Source of the DNA: a virus
Lineage: Duplodnaviria > Caudoviricetes
Reading direction: 5' to 3' (one strand)
IMG/VR virus record: IMGVR_UViG_3300044506_000032
Location: 1-64,000 of that record
Length of the DNA: 64,000 nucleotides
Positions 62,899 through 64,000 of the stretch are shown here, piece by piece (within the stretch, counting starts at the first letter, position 1; each line of letters starts with the position of its first letter). The notes beneath the pieces were generated by a model. That model was not told where the DNA came from and did not search any database. It saw only the letters and a program-made list of their open reading frames with translations. The position numbers and the translations under genes were made by a program.

Positions 62899-63234
62899 AT
62901 GGCCAGTCACGCCGAGGTCAGCGACGACTGGGAGCCGCAAGTGGGCGCCGCTGTCGAGGCCTTCTTCCAGAACCGTCTCGGCCCGGACATCGCCGGAGAC
63001 GCCCAGCGGTACTGCCCGGAAGACACGGGCTCCCTGAAGGACAGCATCGAGCACCACCTCGAAGGCGGCGACCTGATCGTCTCCGCGACTGGTGGTGCGG
63101 GTGGCCGCACCTATGCCGCATATGTCGAGTTGGGTCACCGTGTCTATCACCCGTCGACCGGCGAGACAGGGCCCGAAGTGGTTCCGCCGAGTCCATTTTT
63201 GAGGCCGGCGCTGTTCCAGCAGCGCAGCGAGTAG
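62899..63234 (+). CDS. HK97 gp10-like neck protein
   Basis: CPEDTGSLKDSI, YAAYVELG, PFLRPAL. Confidence 0.88.
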   Translation: MASHAEVSDDWEPQVGAAVEAFFQNRLGPDIAGDAQRYCPEDTGSLKDSIEHHLEGGDLIVSATGGAGGRTYAAYVELGHRVYHPSTGETGPEVVPPSPFLRPALFQQRSE

Positions 63235-63249
63235 CCGAGGGGGTCGCCC

Positions 63250-63750
63250 GTGTCCACTCCCCCACTACCGCTGCTGCCGAACGACGAGATCGTCGGGGTC
63301 GCGTGGCTGGGCTCGATCCCGGGCCTGTCGCCGGCAATGGTGGGCACCCAGCTGCCGCCGGACGTCGATCCGAACGGGTCGGTCGCATCCTGGATCGCCA
63401 CCGGGTTCGTCACGGTGTCGGTGGTCGGCGGCACGCCAGACGCCATGCTGCCTATCGACCGCCCGGTGTTGCAGGTGGATTGCTGGGCGACGGTGCCCGG
63501 CTCCAATAAGCCGCCCTGGAACAAGGCCGCCGCGCTCGCGAGCGCGATCCGGTACGCGACGTGGGACCGGGTCCGGATCCCGCGGCCGCTCGTGGCCTCG
63601 GTCAACGGCGCCGAGTACCCGCTCGCCGTGGTGCAGTCCGCCTACCTGGCCACCTCGTTCCGCCGCGTGTACGACGACCAAGGCGACTACGCCCGACTCC
63701 AGGGCGACTTGGCCCTTTCCTGGATCGCCCCCGACGACCGCTTCAGCTGA
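63250..63750 (+). CDS. tail terminator protein
   Basis: Position; PVLQVDCWA; ARLQGDL. Confidence 0.75.
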   Translation: MSTPPLPLLPNDEIVGVAWLGSIPGLSPAMVGTQLPPDVDPNGSVASWIATGFVTVSVVGGTPDAMLPIDRPVLQVDCWATVPGSNKPPWNKAAALASAIRYATWDRVRIPRPLVASVNGAEYPLAVVQSAYLATSFRRVYDDQGDYARLQGDLALSWIAPDDRFS

Positions 63751-63760
63751 GGAGCCACCC

Positions 63761-63970
63761 ATGTCTGTCAGGCCTGGCTACGTCACCGTGCAGGTGAGCA
63801 TCCGCCCAGACCCGATCGAGGTGCCGATCGACGAGGTCGAGGTGCTGCGCTCGCAGGGCCTGCTCGTCACCACACCTCCGCCCCCGCCGGCTGAGCCCGC
63901 CCCCGAGCCGCTGGCCGCCGGGGCAGAACCCGCCCCCGTCACAACTTTCACCAGGAAGGCACGATCCTGA
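63761..63970 (+). CDS. small hypothetical protein
   Basis: GAGGAG RBS. Confidence 0.65.
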   Translation: MSVRPGYVTVQVSIRPDPIEVPIDEVEVLRSQGLLVTTPPPPPAEPAPEPLAAGAEPAPVTTFTRKARS

Positions 63971-64000
63971 TGACCCTGCTCACGCTCACCCCGACGCAGC
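63970..64000 (+). CDS. start of the next late gene (partial)
   Basis: TGATG coupling; MTLLTLTPTQ; identity cannot be seen. Confidence 0.5.
   Translation, partial: MTLLTLTPTQ

Noticed and set aside
1-64000. Integrase, att sites, tRNA/rRNA, reverse transcriptase (DGR/retron)
   Set aside because: No tyrosine/serine recombinase or RT motifs, no tRNA T-loop/cloverleaf, and no convincing long direct repeat at the module junctions seen by eye; a computational repeat search could still find a short att core

Overview
The whole 64-kb window is from a high-GC actinobacterial (Streptomycetaceae-like) temperate phage or prophage, or a phage-plasmid. I saw no host housekeeping genes and no integrase. 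Layout: (1) 1-21.5 kb, a rightward early region (PD-(D/E)XK exonuclease, RDF/Gp3-like protein, DnaQ-like exonuclease, RuvC-like resolvase, WhiB, SSB, DnaB-N/AAA helicase followed by an iteron-like repeat tract, sigma-like factor, OvmZ-like gene, many small ORFs). (2) 21.5-34.4 kb, a second, leftward early region with its own repressor/cro switch, initiator, DnaB, PAPS-reductase-like protein, vWA and MazG. (3) 34.4-39.7 kb, an accessory block (palindrome array, putative TA pair, XRE-TPR regulator, GRDP-like protein, two tiny peptides, GNAT-fold protein, GIY-YIG). (4) 39.9-47.3 kb, a Streptomyces plasmid-type transfer module (Kor-like HTH, DUF2637/Spd-like, TraA-like, TraB/FtsK) carrying clt-like 8-mers. 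(5) 48.5-64 kb, the late operon (HTH, fibre-like protein, GH26, terminase, portal, minor capsid, scaffold, capsid, free-standing GIY-YIG homing endonuclease, head-tail genes). The most notable signals are the TraB module with frame-independent CCCGGGCA repeats, a synonymously recoded patch in the capsid gene next to the homing endonuclease, an operator-like 12-mer shared between the XRE-TPR locus and the cI/cro switch, two paralogous HTH cassettes sharing a TAGACCCC operator, and an unexplained palindrome array. All family calls come from motifs recognised by eye; no database searches were run.
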